Virus record (IMG/VR): IMGVR_UViG_3300020401_001611
Span: 1 to 54,345 of that record
Strand: one strand, 5' to 3'
Length of the DNA: 54,345 nt
Origin: a virus
Lineage: Duplodnaviria > Caudoviricetes
Below, piece by piece: positions 18,482 through 28,283 of the stretch. Position 1 is the stretch's first letter. The number at the start of each line of letters is the position of its first letter. The notes below the pieces were generated by a model. The model saw only the letters and a list, made by a program, of their open reading frames with translations, was not told the DNA's origin and did not search any database. Both the position numbers and the translations under genes were made by a program.

Positions 18482-18844
18482 TTATACCACTACATTACGC
18501 TTTTCTAGTGTATTGTCATTGTTGGTTACTTTGAATCCTAATGTGCTTGTGTTAAGTCTATTATAATTTAAAACTTCTGTAACAACTGTGCTAAGTTGTA
18601 TGTTATCTAATCCTTTTAATGTGTCTAGTAATTCAAATATTTTTACTTGATCAATTTTTGCTTGATTCAATAATGTAGTTGTAGTGCTTATAGCGGCATT
18701 TTTTTCAAAACCTCTTTTCTCAAAAAACCCAACCACTGCATCTACTTCATTTGATGGAAAAGATAATTTTTCATTAAAATAATTATCAAAAAAATCTGTT
18801 ACTCTTTTATCATTAGTTTGTGCTTGTTGTGGTAGACTACTCAT
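18482..18844 (-). CDS. Hypothetical protein
   Basis: 120-aa ORF tightly packed in the structural operon. Confidence 0.7.
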   Translation of the reverse strand: MSSLPQQAQTNDKRVTDFFDNYFNEKLSFPSNEVDAVVGFFEKRGFEKNAAISTTTTLLNQAKIDQVKIFELLDTLKGLDNIQLSTVVTEVLNYNRLNTSTLGFKVTNNDNTLEKRNVVV

Positions 18845-18845
18845 T

Positions 18846-20132
18846 TTATGTTCCTGTTACTGCTTTTTCTAATGCTGCCATTTCGACAGGATTGCTTTTT
18901 ATCGCTTGATAGGCGGCTTTGCCTTGTGCTACAGAACCACCTGTTATACCTTGATAATTTTTTACATACTGTTGTTGCATTGCACTATCTAATGCCGCTG
19001 GATTATTTTTGAGTAAAGATTTTCCTTTTGTAAAAGCTCCTACGGCTGCTACTCCAGCCGCGGCTATCAATAAATCTTTACTTCCACCTTTACCTCCATT
19101 TTTAGGAAATAGCGTTTGAGCAACTCCATTAACATTTGTGCCTGTTGCCGCACCTAATGCCCCAGTAATAAGACCAAACCCTTCTTGTCTCAATCCTTCT
19201 TTGCTTAATCCTCTGATATTACCAATTAAGTTTGCACCCATTAACACCGCTAGTAACGGATTTTCATATGCCTCTCCACTAGCAATAAAATCATATAAAC
19301 TAAATGCACCTTCTATTGCTGAACCAAGTGTTCCTCCGCCTCCACCTGCTAATGATATTGGACTTGGTGTTGTGTCGTAATGATCTTGACCGAAACCTGT
19401 AGGCGAACCATTAGCACCGGCACGTACAGCACCACTTTCATAAAATACAGCTTCATATGCTACACTTATTCTATTTTCTAATGTACCTGACAAATCTGAA
19501 TTATTTACATCATCATGACTCCATTCTGAAAGTATTGGATTAACAAGAGTAAATGTAACATACTCTCCCCGTGCCATTGTGCTTATTCTAATTTCCTTAA
19601 AGAAAGGAACACCAGGATTATATACATCCATACCATACTTATATTTGTTCATTTCAGTACCAAGGTATGTATTGTGAGGTTTTACTGCATATGCTCTACC
19701 ATTATTGATACGCTGATTGCCATCAGCAAAATAATATCTATAATACGCTTGCATTAGTGCTGTAGTTAGTCCTTGATTATCATCGTGAAATGTTATATTT
19801 ACAGGATTATATTGTATACCAGTTTGAACATTTTTAATTCTATTATATTTCTTTTTTTGTTCAACATTAGCACTATAACTAGGTAAATCTGCAGACTTAA
19901 CAAGCATGCCTATTTCGTTAAGAGGTCCTCCTTGAAACAGTTTTGGTATCAAACTTGCACCTTCTGGAGTAACCACAAATTGCACATGATAATTAAATTT
20001 ACTTCTAGGAGCAAGTCGCATGTTACTGTCAACATACAATCTTGAAGCATGTTGCCAGTCTCCTAAATTGCCTTTAGGTGATAATGCGCCTGACGCAATC
20101 GAATCTAGTAATGAATTAAATTTATTTGCCAT
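18846..20132 (-). CDS. Tail-tube-fold protein (gp54/tube-initiator-like)
   Basis: LVKSADLPSY, YNPVNITFHDDN and ISVAYE tube-fold motifs; adjacent to the tube gene; GATAAATA at 20138-20145. Confidence 0.6.
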   Translation of the reverse strand: MANKFNSLLDSIASGALSPKGNLGDWQHASRLYVDSNMRLAPRSKFNYHVQFVVTPEGASLIPKLFQGGPLNEIGMLVKSADLPSYSANVEQKKKYNRIKNVQTGIQYNPVNITFHDDNQGLTTALMQAYYRYYFADGNQRINNGRAYAVKPHNTYLGTEMNKYKYGMDVYNPGVPFFKEIRISTMARGEYVTFTLVNPILSEWSHDDVNNSDLSGTLENRISVAYEAVFYESGAVRAGANGSPTGFGQDHYDTTPSPISLAGGGGGTLGSAIEGAFSLYDFIASGEAYENPLLAVLMGANLIGNIRGLSKEGLRQEGFGLITGALGAATGTNVNGVAQTLFPKNGGKGGSKDLLIAAAGVAAVGAFTKGKSLLKNNPAALDSAMQQQYVKNYQGITGGSVAQGKAAYQAIKSNPVEMAALEKAVTGT

Positions 20133-20166
20133 ACTAATATTTATCTATGTAAATTAAGTGTATATA

Positions 20167-20199
20167 TAAAAGAAAAAGGGGAGCGTAAAAAGCTCCCCT
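20167..20199 (-). terminator. Rho-independent terminator after the tail tube gene
   Basis: Minus strand AGGGGAGC-loop-GCTCCCCT followed by TTTTCTTTT. Confidence 0.8.
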
Positions 20200-20224
20200 A
20201 TAATTAGACTAAATGGATTTTTTA

Positions 20225-20854
20225 TTAGGCTCCGCCACCTGTTACTGCTGTATTTACTGTACGTCCAACTGCTGTACCAATACCTGTTCCTTGTGGTGAT
20301 TGGATTGCGTTGTCATATCTAATACTTAATGTAACACTGACAGGGTCTGTAGAGTTTGAATATGCTAAAGTATTGTAATTAGCACTTTCACAATAACATC
20401 CGTATAATTCAAATGTTTCTAAAACAGTTGGTACATTAGCACCATTACCGCCATCTAAGATTTCAATACGTGTAACGAATTTATAATCCTGTCCTGATGC
20501 CGCACTTGACTGTTCAAAAAAGTCAAATTGTTTCTGAAGTTGTTCGCCAACTAGTTTTTGGACATTGTTGTTTACATCTTCACGTAAGTTTAATGTAATT
20601 GGTTCCCAAGTATGTTTACCTGCTAGGTATACTCTTGAGTTGTAAACATCAAGTGTCATTTGTTCAAAACTTACATTTGGTCTAGTTACATCAATAACTT
20701 GCTTTGTAAGTTCTGTAGTTGGTGTGCTTATGCCAAAATTTTCTAGCGATACCCTAAAACGGTATTGCAATTTTGGCATTAAAAGTCCCTGATTACTTGC
20801 GGAATCTCCACTAGCTAACGGGACTGTAATTTTTGATAATGTTGAAATTGCCAT
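20225..20854 (-). CDS. Tail tube protein (gp19-like)
   Basis: YRFRV, VTRPNVSF, YLAGKHTWEPITL and LSIRYD motifs; downstream of the sheath gene; AGGAG SD; GATAAATA at 20876-20883. Confidence 0.85.
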   Translation of the reverse strand: MAISTLSKITVPLASGDSASNQGLLMPKLQYRFRVSLENFGISTPTTELTKQVIDVTRPNVSFEQMTLDVYNSRVYLAGKHTWEPITLNLREDVNNNVQKLVGEQLQKQFDFFEQSSAASGQDYKFVTRIEILDGGNGANVPTVLETFELYGCYCESANYNTLAYSNSTDPVSVTLSIRYDNAIQSPQGTGIGTAVGRTVNTAVTGGGA

Positions 20855-20886
20855 TTAGTCTGCTCCTATTAATAGTATTTATCAGA

Positions 20887-23800
20887 TTAAAGTCCTGATA
20901 TTTCTCCAGTATTTTTAAGTCTTAGAGGTATGTAAATAAACTCTACTGCCTTAACAGGTTCGATAGCAATATCTAAATATAATTCATTTTTATCAATTCT
21001 GCTAGGTGTATTATTTGACTCGTCACATACTACTAAGTAATCATACAAGCCTCTTTGTCCTACTAATTCTAGTAGTAAACTTTCAGCCGCTTGTTTTATT
21101 TCGTCCCTAGTAATTTTATCGTTCGGTTCAAATATGTAAGGTTTAGCAAGTGTGTTTAACTGACTTCTCAAATATATAACAAGTCTTGCTACATTTATTC
21201 TATCCAATGCACTTGCGCCTCTTGCACGAGTTTTCTGCCCAAAGTTTACAAGTCCTGCACCTGTAATAAATGTAATTGGGTTAACATTGTTTGAGTATAA
21301 AGTATCTCTTTGTCCCTCATTCAATGCAACACTTACAAATTCGCCTTCACTGTTTACAAATCCAGTTGAACTAGCATTAGTTATACCACCACGTCTTGTA
21401 CCTGCTGGTGCAAACCATGGAAACGATACTTGATCGCTAAGTGCAATCGTTCTAAGCATCATATGTGAAGCAGGAACTACAACATTATTGCCAAAGTTAT
21501 CACTTGTAAAGCCTGCTGGATAAAATACTCCTAAGTATTCATCTCTGCTAACTAACCCGTCATCGTTATCTTCAACTGCTGTGTTAACATTTGTTGCCCA
21601 TTCATTTAATGAAGTTGCATCTGGTGTTAATCTAAACGGAGAATCACCTACTATGAATGCAGTTAATCCTCTATCAAAGTTTAAGCTGATCATTTCTCCT
21701 ATAAGTTCCGGATATCCAGGTGTAGCCATAACATTAAACAATCTTGATTCATCATCTCTAATGTCATCATTGCTATTTACTACTGCCTGTAACGCTTGTA
21801 CTACAACTTTACGCTGTGCTTTGCGTCCAAAACTACCTGAACCATCTGCTTGATTTCCGGACTCTGTTACCCATCTATGTGGATAATAGTTTTCCATTGA
21901 AACATCACCTTGACGTTTATTAACAGATGTAGTATCTATGTAATTACGCTCAAATCTTTTTACGTTGAATCCACTTCTACGTAGATTCCAAAGCAACATA
22001 CCTTTTGGATATAATGCTGGATCTGGTGCATCTGGATCTAAATAGTTACTTGCAAGTAACTCAGGAATAGTACCGCTTGGTGCAACTGTTGTTGTTCCAC
22101 CGCCTGTACCATAACGTGCATCTGCAAACAGTATACCGTTTTCAGTTGTTTGATCACTTGAATCTAATGGTGATCCCCATTTTTGGGCTGTCGTTCCAGA
22201 AATGTTTACATTATATCTATATATTGTTGGATAGTTTTCCAAATCTGCTGTTGATATCCATAAATCGCCTGTTACTAGAGCACTTCCATCGCTTTGTTGC
22301 GTAGGCATACTAGCTGAAACAATTGGACCTGCTGGATCAGCATTAGGATATGCTGTAGAGTCACCATAACCTACCCAAGTTGTGCCATTATGCCATAACA
22401 TGTCAACTTCGTCAACAATACTGTTATACCAAAGTTGCCCTTGGCTTGCTAAACTAGTCACTGCATTTGCACTTGCTGTGTAGGATAAAATTCTCCAATT
22501 TGTTGCTTGAAACTGTTTAGGACTTGTTGCATTTGTTGTACCATCTACAAATGCTAAATTAGCAGTTGATGTTGGATCATTTGCATCAAACGGTTTAAAT
22601 CCTATTGCATTTAAAATGCCATCTGTATCAACAAATTTAATTTCACCACCTTGTGAATGTGAAATTACAATTCTATTTGAAGCATCTACTGTTGCACTTA
22701 CATTCTGTGAAGCTGCAGATGTTATTGCTGATGCAATTAATACTGAGTCACCTGTTGCACTACCAGTAGTTGTGACTGATGCTGTTACAGGTGCACTAAA
22801 TGCTGAGCTTCCTTTGTTTGTAGAAGCGATTGTAAATGTAAATGTACCTGCTCCTGGTGAAGTACCTGTTATTGCATTACTTGTAATTGTTGTAGCACCA
22901 CTAGCTTGTCTGCGGTAAATTGTAAAGTTTGCTAACGGCTGTGTATCATTTGCAACATTTGTTTTTGCATACAAATCACCAATAGCTAAATTTGCTCCGC
23001 CACCTGTGCTATCTAACCAGTATATTGCAGATGCATTATTGTCATAGAAAGGAGCAGCAACTTCGTCCCACAATAATGTTGTAGAATTCCAAAGTTTTAC
23101 ATCTAATTTCGCCCCACCGTTCGGTAATGTAGTTTTAAACCATATGCTACCTGAAGGACGAGGATATGTGTCACCGCTTTTCCATTCTGGCACACTAGTA
23201 TGTGCTGAAATTTGTAATGCTGGTGGATAATAAGTTCCTGCACTGATTCCTAGCTCTTCTAGTCTTGTTGCATCACCACCAATTACTATCGGACCGCCTA
23301 ATGTGGAATCGTCCGCACCCGAACTTGCTCCTGTGCTGTAAATTTCTAAAAATCCATCTACTACGTCTGCTGATATCTCACCACCCAAGCCTATGCCTGA
23401 GTTAATAGCAGTAGCAATTTGACTTACAGTGTTTCCACCTACTGATACAACTGAGCCGTTAATTGTAATATCTGCTGTTCCTGCAAATGAAGGATTAGCT
23501 TTAGAGCCTTTTACTGTAGCCCAACTCTTTGTCCATGCGTTGCTTCCAACTTCAACCCATGTTCCACTTGCATTTTTATACCACAACTTATTCATGGTAG
23601 TCACAGCAACAATTACATAATCGCCAATTGCACCAATACTTGATAAAGGAGTATAATTTCCTGCATCATAATCTACAACTTCGTTTTGTTTGTAAATTAC
23701 AGTCGGTACTTTTGTAGTAAATGTTTGACCGCCTGTTGTATTAATTGCATTGCTGTTCCACTGTTGTATTCCGTAATTTGAACCGTCAGTATCAAACCAG

Positions 23801-24204
23801 TATGTACCTGCTAATGGATTCGCTGCTGGTGCATCAGCTGTTGGTTCTAATTCTCCTAGATCAATGTCTGCTCTTACTACATATGCTCTATTGCTTACAC
23901 CTAATAATGAATAAGCAGCCTGTAAACCATATTCGTTAAGTTCGCCAGCATGTATTGGATTATTATTAGTATCTGTTTTAAATATCGGATCACCAAATGT
24001 GTCCGCTAAATCTCTTTGCGATGTAAGTAAGAAAGGTTTACCTGCATTCGCTTTCAATGTACCTTGGGCTGTTCCTGTGCCGGCAGCATTTTGCTTATTG
24101 CTTGCTGATGCAACAAAAACCATAGGTACTGTACCTGGCTCAGCTGGGGTATAAAAACTTTCGTCTATAACGCTGACCTGTACTCCTGGTGATGTTAAAG
24201 CCAT
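20887..24204 (-). CDS. Contractile tail sheath protein (gp18-like)
   Basis: SPGVQVSVIDES, WFAPAGTRRG, RDTLYSNNVNPI, GQKT, DRINVARL, FEPND and PVKAVEFIYIP; GCTAAATA at 24239-24246. Confidence 0.95.
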   Translation of the reverse strand: MALTSPGVQVSVIDESFYTPAEPGTVPMVFVASASNKQNAAGTGTAQGTLKANAGKPFLLTSQRDLADTFGDPIFKTDTNNNPIHAGELNEYGLQAAYSLLGVSNRAYVVRADIDLGELEPTADAPAANPLAGTYWFDTDGSNYGIQQWNSNAINTTGGQTFTTKVPTVIYKQNEVVDYDAGNYTPLSSIGAIGDYVIVAVTTMNKLWYKNASGTWVEVGSNAWTKSWATVKGSKANPSFAGTADITINGSVVSVGGNTVSQIATAINSGIGLGGEISADVVDGFLEIYSTGASSGADDSTLGGPIVIGGDATRLEELGISAGTYYPPALQISAHTSVPEWKSGDTYPRPSGSIWFKTTLPNGGAKLDVKLWNSTTLLWDEVAAPFYDNNASAIYWLDSTGGGANLAIGDLYAKTNVANDTQPLANFTIYRRQASGATTITSNAITGTSPGAGTFTFTIASTNKGSSAFSAPVTASVTTTGSATGDSVLIASAITSAASQNVSATVDASNRIVISHSQGGEIKFVDTDGILNAIGFKPFDANDPTSTANLAFVDGTTNATSPKQFQATNWRILSYTASANAVTSLASQGQLWYNSIVDEVDMLWHNGTTWVGYGDSTAYPNADPAGPIVSASMPTQQSDGSALVTGDLWISTADLENYPTIYRYNVNISGTTAQKWGSPLDSSDQTTENGILFADARYGTGGGTTTVAPSGTIPELLASNYLDPDAPDPALYPKGMLLWNLRRSGFNVKRFERNYIDTTSVNKRQGDVSMENYYPHRWVTESGNQADGSGSFGRKAQRKVVVQALQAVVNSNDDIRDDESRLFNVMATPGYPELIGEMISLNFDRGLTAFIVGDSPFRLTPDATSLNEWATNVNTAVEDNDDGLVSRDEYLGVFYPAGFTSDNFGNNVVVPASHMMLRTIALSDQVSFPWFAPAGTRRGGITNASSTGFVNSEGEFVSVALNEGQRDTLYSNNVNPITFITGAGLVNFGQKTRARGASALDRINVARLVIYLRSQLNTLAKPYIFEPNDKITRDEIKQAAESLLLELVGQRGLYDYLVVCDESNNTPSRIDKNELYLDIAIEPVKAVEFIYIPLRLKNTGEISGL

Positions 24205-24313
24205 ATTATTTCTCCTGTTGGAATCTTTTTGCTATTACTATTTAGCAAACAAAATAGAAAAGGTGTGTGTTTATACCATTAAAAAGGCACCAAAAAGGTG
24301 AGGTAAATACATT

Positions 24314-24649
24314 ATGAGACCTTTATGTAAATGTGGACAAAGACCTGCGGCTGTAAACTATAAAAAAGGAAAGAAAACATATTATAGAAAATTATGTGAG
24401 AGGTGTTTACGCAATGGCATAAATCATGGCATACCTAAATGGAAACAAAGAGGTTATATAAAAAAAGATGAATGTGAAAAATGTGGATATAAAAGTAAAC
24501 ATGCGGAGCAATTTAATGTTTACCACATTGACGGCGACTTGAATAATTGTAGTGTAATGAATCTAAAAACTATCTGTGCCAACTGCCAACGTATTATGCA
24601 GAAGCAAGGCGTGAAATGGAAGCAAGGTGATCTTGTACCTGATTTTTAA
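24314..24649 (+). CDS. HNH endonuclease-like zinc-binding protein
   Basis: CxxC pairs and HIDGDLNN..NLKTICANC; GGTAAATA at 24302-24309. Confidence 0.75.
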   Translation: MRPLCKCGQRPAAVNYKKGKKTYYRKLCERCLRNGINHGIPKWKQRGYIKKDECEKCGYKSKHAEQFNVYHIDGDLNNCSVMNLKTICANCQRIMQKQGVKWKQGDLVPDF

Positions 24650-25205
24650 GATCTTCCATAGTGCCGTTATTTCCTATGATGCTATCAAATTTTACATTTG
24701 CCCATCGCCATTCAGATTCATGAACATCTTTAGGTTCAACACCAATATCTTGATACATTCTAAACCACACAGGATCTGCACCTCTTTTCACATGCCAAAC
24801 CTGACCATTTAATGAATGTATCATATCTGCTTCATTAGGAAAACGAACATCTGGTATCACATAGTCTTTTGTGTTATCATGCATTAATTGTTGTTTTACA
24901 AGACTAACCCATATTCCATCAAAAAATCCATCTCTCATACAATCTGTTCCAAACAGTTGTAATACTAATCTTGGTGTAATAGGTTTTCCTACTTCTTTAG
25001 TCCAAAATTTATCTGGCTCTTCTCTCCAGGCTCTGCTGTCATCTGTGTCCCCTTCAAGGTTATTCCTGTCCCAATTAAAAACAGAAGCAACGCCATCTTT
25101 TAATTTATCTGCAAAACTAATTTTTGTGAAGTTGTGTTCTTCTACTAATATATCCGCGGCTGATCCTTTACCGCTACCTATAAGTCCACAAATACCTATT
25201 ATCAT
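24594..25205 (-). CDS. Deoxynucleoside monophosphate kinase (T4 gp1-like)
   Basis: GLIGSGKG P-loop, SFADKLK, TPRLVLQLFGTD, DVRFPNE and HESE motifs. Confidence 0.92.
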   Translation of the reverse strand: MIIGICGLIGSGKGSAADILVEEHNFTKISFADKLKDGVASVFNWDRNNLEGDTDDSRAWREEPDKFWTKEVGKPITPRLVLQLFGTDCMRDGFFDGIWVSLVKQQLMHDNTKDYVIPDVRFPNEADMIHSLNGQVWHVKRGADPVWFRMYQDIGVEPKDVHESEWRWANVKFDSIIGNNGTMEDLKNQVQDHLASISRLASA

Positions 25206-25228
25206 ATAAAATCCTCTAGTATTTGTAT

Positions 25229-25257
25229 ATTATAGACTATAAATGTAGTAATGTCAA
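25229..25257 (-). promoter_or_regulatory. Consensus sigma70 promoter TTGACA-N17-TATAAT for the dNMP kinase gene
   Basis: Perfect -35 (25252-25257) and -10 (25229-25234) with a 17-nt spacer. Confidence 0.85.
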
Positions 25258-25264
25258 GAAAAAA

Positions 25265-26014
25265 TTATCCTATTGAAAATCCGTATCCAACGCCGCCAGA
25301 TACTTGAGTAGATACATCAGATTCTAGTTTTTCCATTTCTTGTTGAGCTTCACTTTTTAAACTTTGACCGTTTAGACTTGTACCACCTTGTGGTCCTGCA
25401 ATAGTAGCAAATTTTTCTCTAGCTTCGCCTAACATATATTTGCAACTTGCAAGTGTGTAATCTTTTATCCATTGCTGTGCAAGATAATCATTCATTAGAT
25501 TTTCATCTGGACGATAATTATAACAATACATCAATAAAGTTTCTTCGGCTCTAGGCCTTTGAAGTAAAGTTAATTTTTTAGTTTGTGTATTCCATTTAAA
25601 CTCTATAAATGAACCAAACATCCTTCCTACAAGTTCTTGATATTGACTAAACATATCATATGTTGCTAAGCCACCTAGATTAGAACTTGATAACAAGTAT
25701 GCGTTTGTATATGCTAAATTGAAAGGTTCAAAAATTGTGCCACCATCGCCGCCACCTGACCTTGAACCAATTGAACGTCTAAATATTCTTCTAACTTCTA
25801 CTATTTCATTTGGCAATGTATATTCATTTTGATCTATAATTGTTGGCATAAAAAAGTATGATTCTTCTACTGAGTTATCAGATCTCTGTCTGAATTTTGT
25901 CAACGCCTTAGTCAAAGCAGTTTCATAATGAACAGGATCTAGTTCAACATCAACCATTCCTCCGCCTAGCATTGTATGAACATAATCAAATATATCTTGT
26001 TTTTGTAAAGCCAT
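25265..26014 (-). CDS. Neck protein (gp13-like)
   Basis: LGGGMVDVELD, WIKDYTLA..K..LGEAR.KF and GPQGGTSLNG motifs. Confidence 0.85.
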   Translation of the reverse strand: MALQKQDIFDYVHTMLGGGMVDVELDPVHYETALTKALTKFRQRSDNSVEESYFFMPTIIDQNEYTLPNEIVEVRRIFRRSIGSRSGGGDGGTIFEPFNLAYTNAYLLSSSNLGGLATYDMFSQYQELVGRMFGSFIEFKWNTQTKKLTLLQRPRAEETLLMYCYNYRPDENLMNDYLAQQWIKDYTLASCKYMLGEAREKFATIAGPQGGTSLNGQSLKSEAQQEMEKLESDVSTQVSGGVGYGFSIG

Positions 26015-26030
26015 TTTGTAGTCTCCGTAG

Positions 26031-26062
26031 TATTTATCGTATTAGTCTACTATCGATAAATA
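26031..26062. promoter_or_regulatory. Back-to-back divergent late promoters (GATAAATA on each strand)
   Basis: Minus-strand box at 26031-26038 and plus-strand box at 26055-26062, between divergent gp13-like and gp14-like genes. Confidence 0.65.
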
Positions 26063-26067
26063 TGTAT

Positions 26068-27204
26068 ATGCCAAGATTAAGTTTATATAGACCAGAAAAA
26101 GGAAATGATTATACATTTATAGACAAACAGGTCTATGAGATGTTCACTGTAGGCGGTACTGACATTAATGTACATAAGTTCCTTGGTGCAGAAAATCCTG
26201 ACGAAAGCAATGCTACCGCAGATCAACCTAGATATGACGCTGTAAAAGAAACCAACATACAAGATTTACTATTTTTAGAAAATAGGGATAGAAAATATGA
26301 TCCAGATGTATATACTATGCGTGGTATTTACAATGTCCAGGATATTGACTTTAATTTAAGTCAATTTGGTTTATTTTTAAGCAATGATACTTTGTTTCTA
26401 ACTATTCATATCAATAGTAGTGTCAAAACTCTAGGACGTAAAATAATTGCAGGAGATGTAATTGAATTACCGCATCTCAAAGACGAATATGCATTGAATG
26501 ATTTAAGTTATGCGTTAAAACGTTTTTATGTAGTTGAAGATGTAAATCGAGCTGCAGAAGGATTCTCGCAAACTTGGTATCCTCATCTATATAGACTAAA
26601 ATTAAAACAAATAGTAGATTCACAAGAATTCAAAGAAATACTTGATTTGCCTGCAGAAGAAGGACAAGACGGAGCAAACACTTTACGGAATATGTTAAGC
26701 ACATATGAAAAAGAAATGCAAATAAACAATGCAGTAGTGCAACAAGCAGAAGCTGATGCGGCAAAATCTGGGTATGATACAAGTCATTACTACAGTTTAC
26801 AATTAAACAGTGATGGCAACACTGAATTAGTTGATACAGATGCAGACAATATACCTGACACTATGCAGACTGCTAATAAATCAGGTTATAATGGATATTT
26901 GCTAGGAGACGGAATACCTACTAATGGTGCAAATTTTGGTCATGGAATTGGCTTTCCAACTAATAAAGCAGTTGGAGATTACTTTTTACGAACGGATTTT
27001 AGTCCAAACAGATTATTTAGATATGACGGAGCAAGGTGGGTAAAACAAGAAGATAATGTGCGTATGACAATGACTCAAACAGACACAAGAAGCACACAAA
27101 AAGGTACGTTTATAAATAACACTAACTCTGCAACAATTTCAGGAGAAAATGTAATAGAAAGACAAAGCCTAAGTGATGCTTTGAGACCAAAGGCAGATGA
27201 ATAA
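26068..27204 (+). CDS. Neck/head-closure protein (gp14-like)
   Basis: LSQFGLFL..D.LF, GDVIELPHL and FYVVEDV motifs. Start moved to MPRLSLYR at 26068, just after the promoter box. Confidence 0.7.
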   Translation: MPRLSLYRPEKGNDYTFIDKQVYEMFTVGGTDINVHKFLGAENPDESNATADQPRYDAVKETNIQDLLFLENRDRKYDPDVYTMRGIYNVQDIDFNLSQFGLFLSNDTLFLTIHINSSVKTLGRKIIAGDVIELPHLKDEYALNDLSYALKRFYVVEDVNRAAEGFSQTWYPHLYRLKLKQIVDSQEFKEILDLPAEEGQDGANTLRNMLSTYEKEMQINNAVVQQAEADAAKSGYDTSHYYSLQLNSDGNTELVDTDADNIPDTMQTANKSGYNGYLLGDGIPTNGANFGHGIGFPTNKAVGDYFLRTDFSPNRLFRYDGARWVKQEDNVRMTMTQTDTRSTQKGTFINNTNSATISGENVIERQSLSDALRPKADE

Positions 27205-28283
27205 TGAGATTTGAAGAATTTTATGAAATAAGAAGTGAGAAAGATAGGGTAGAAAAAGAAATATACCTAAATACTCCTGTTGAACATATTTGTAATGGAT
27301 TAATAAGAGCAGGTGTAAAAAGAAAAGATGGGGGATTTAAATACCCAGCTAGAGCAAGGAATATGAAGAAAAATGCTTTAGATGCAATCAAAAGGTATAG
27401 AAATCGCAATCCACAATTAGCTTCAGCAATTCAAGCATGTCTGCAAAAAAATGGTTATGGTAAATTAGGACAAGGAGATCTAAAAGGATTTGCAGGCGAT
27501 GGTGGATATAGTGACTATGCAAAAGGAAAAGGTACAGGCACAGGTGTAGGAACCGGCACAGGTAATAATATATTTGGTAAAGGTACCGGTGATGGCGATA
27601 TACCTGGGTATACTCCAGGAGATGGTACTGCTGTTGTTGGTGCAAACTCAGGAAAAGGCAACGCAGATTCTGGTACAAGCACTACAGGTAAAGGTAATTC
27701 TGATACAGGAACTGAAAGTTATGCTACTGAGTCAGGTAAACTGAACAGCTACTTGCAAAATGAAGATTGGGAAGGTGCGTTAAATTACCTTGATGGCAAC
27801 CCTGGGTTTGAAGATTATATTGGGCCTAGTTTTAGGAAAGATATAGAGGGCACCATAGATGCTATAGAAGCCAAGAAAAAAGCACTTGCCGCGGCTGAAA
27901 AGGCGGCACTTGAACAACAAATTGCAGATGAACAAAAAGCTGAAGAAGCTCGTATAGCGGCAGAGAATGAAAGAATAGCTAACGAAAAAGCCGCTAAAAA
28001 AGCTGAAGAAGAAAGGCTTGCAAAAGAAGAAGCACTTAAGAAAGCAGAAGAAGCTAGGATTGCTAAGGAAAAAGCAGAAAAAGCAAGACTTGAAGCTGAA
28101 GCAGAAAAGAAACGTATAGAAGCAGAACGATTAGAAAAAGAAAGAAAAGAAAAAGAAGAAGAAGCAAATAGAATCAAAAAAGATACAGAACAAAATCCTA
28201 ATATCACAGCAAAACCTGATGACAAAGAGAAACCAGTTAAGCCAGACGATATTGATGATTTTGACTGGGAGGATTTACAATGA
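27204..28283 (+). CDS. Hypothetical protein with a Gly/Thr-rich region and an E/K/A/R-rich coiled coil
   Basis: MRFEEFYE N-terminus; GTG repeats; long charged helix. Confidence 0.7.
   Translation: MRFEEFYEIRSEKDRVEKEIYLNTPVEHICNGLIRAGVKRKDGGFKYPARARNMKKNALDAIKRYRNRNPQLASAIQACLQKNGYGKLGQGDLKGFAGDGGYSDYAKGKGTGTGVGTGTGNNIFGKGTGDGDIPGYTPGDGTAVVGANSGKGNADSGTSTTGKGNSDTGTESYATESGKLNSYLQNEDWEGALNYLDGNPGFEDYIGPSFRKDIEGTIDAIEAKKKALAAAEKAALEQQIADEQKAEEARIAAENERIANEKAAKKAEEERLAKEEALKKAEEARIAKEKAEKARLEAEAEKKRIEAERLEKERKEKEEEANRIKKDTEQNPNITAKPDDKEKPVKPDDIDDFDWEDLQ

Noticed and set aside
24314-24649. HNH gene as an intron-encoded homing endonuclease
   Set aside because: It is free-standing with its own late box, and neighbouring genes are uninterrupted.
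25972-26067. Track's longer N-terminus for the gp14-like gene
   Set aside because: It overlaps the divergent gp13-like start and both promoter boxes; the ATG at 26068 fits better.
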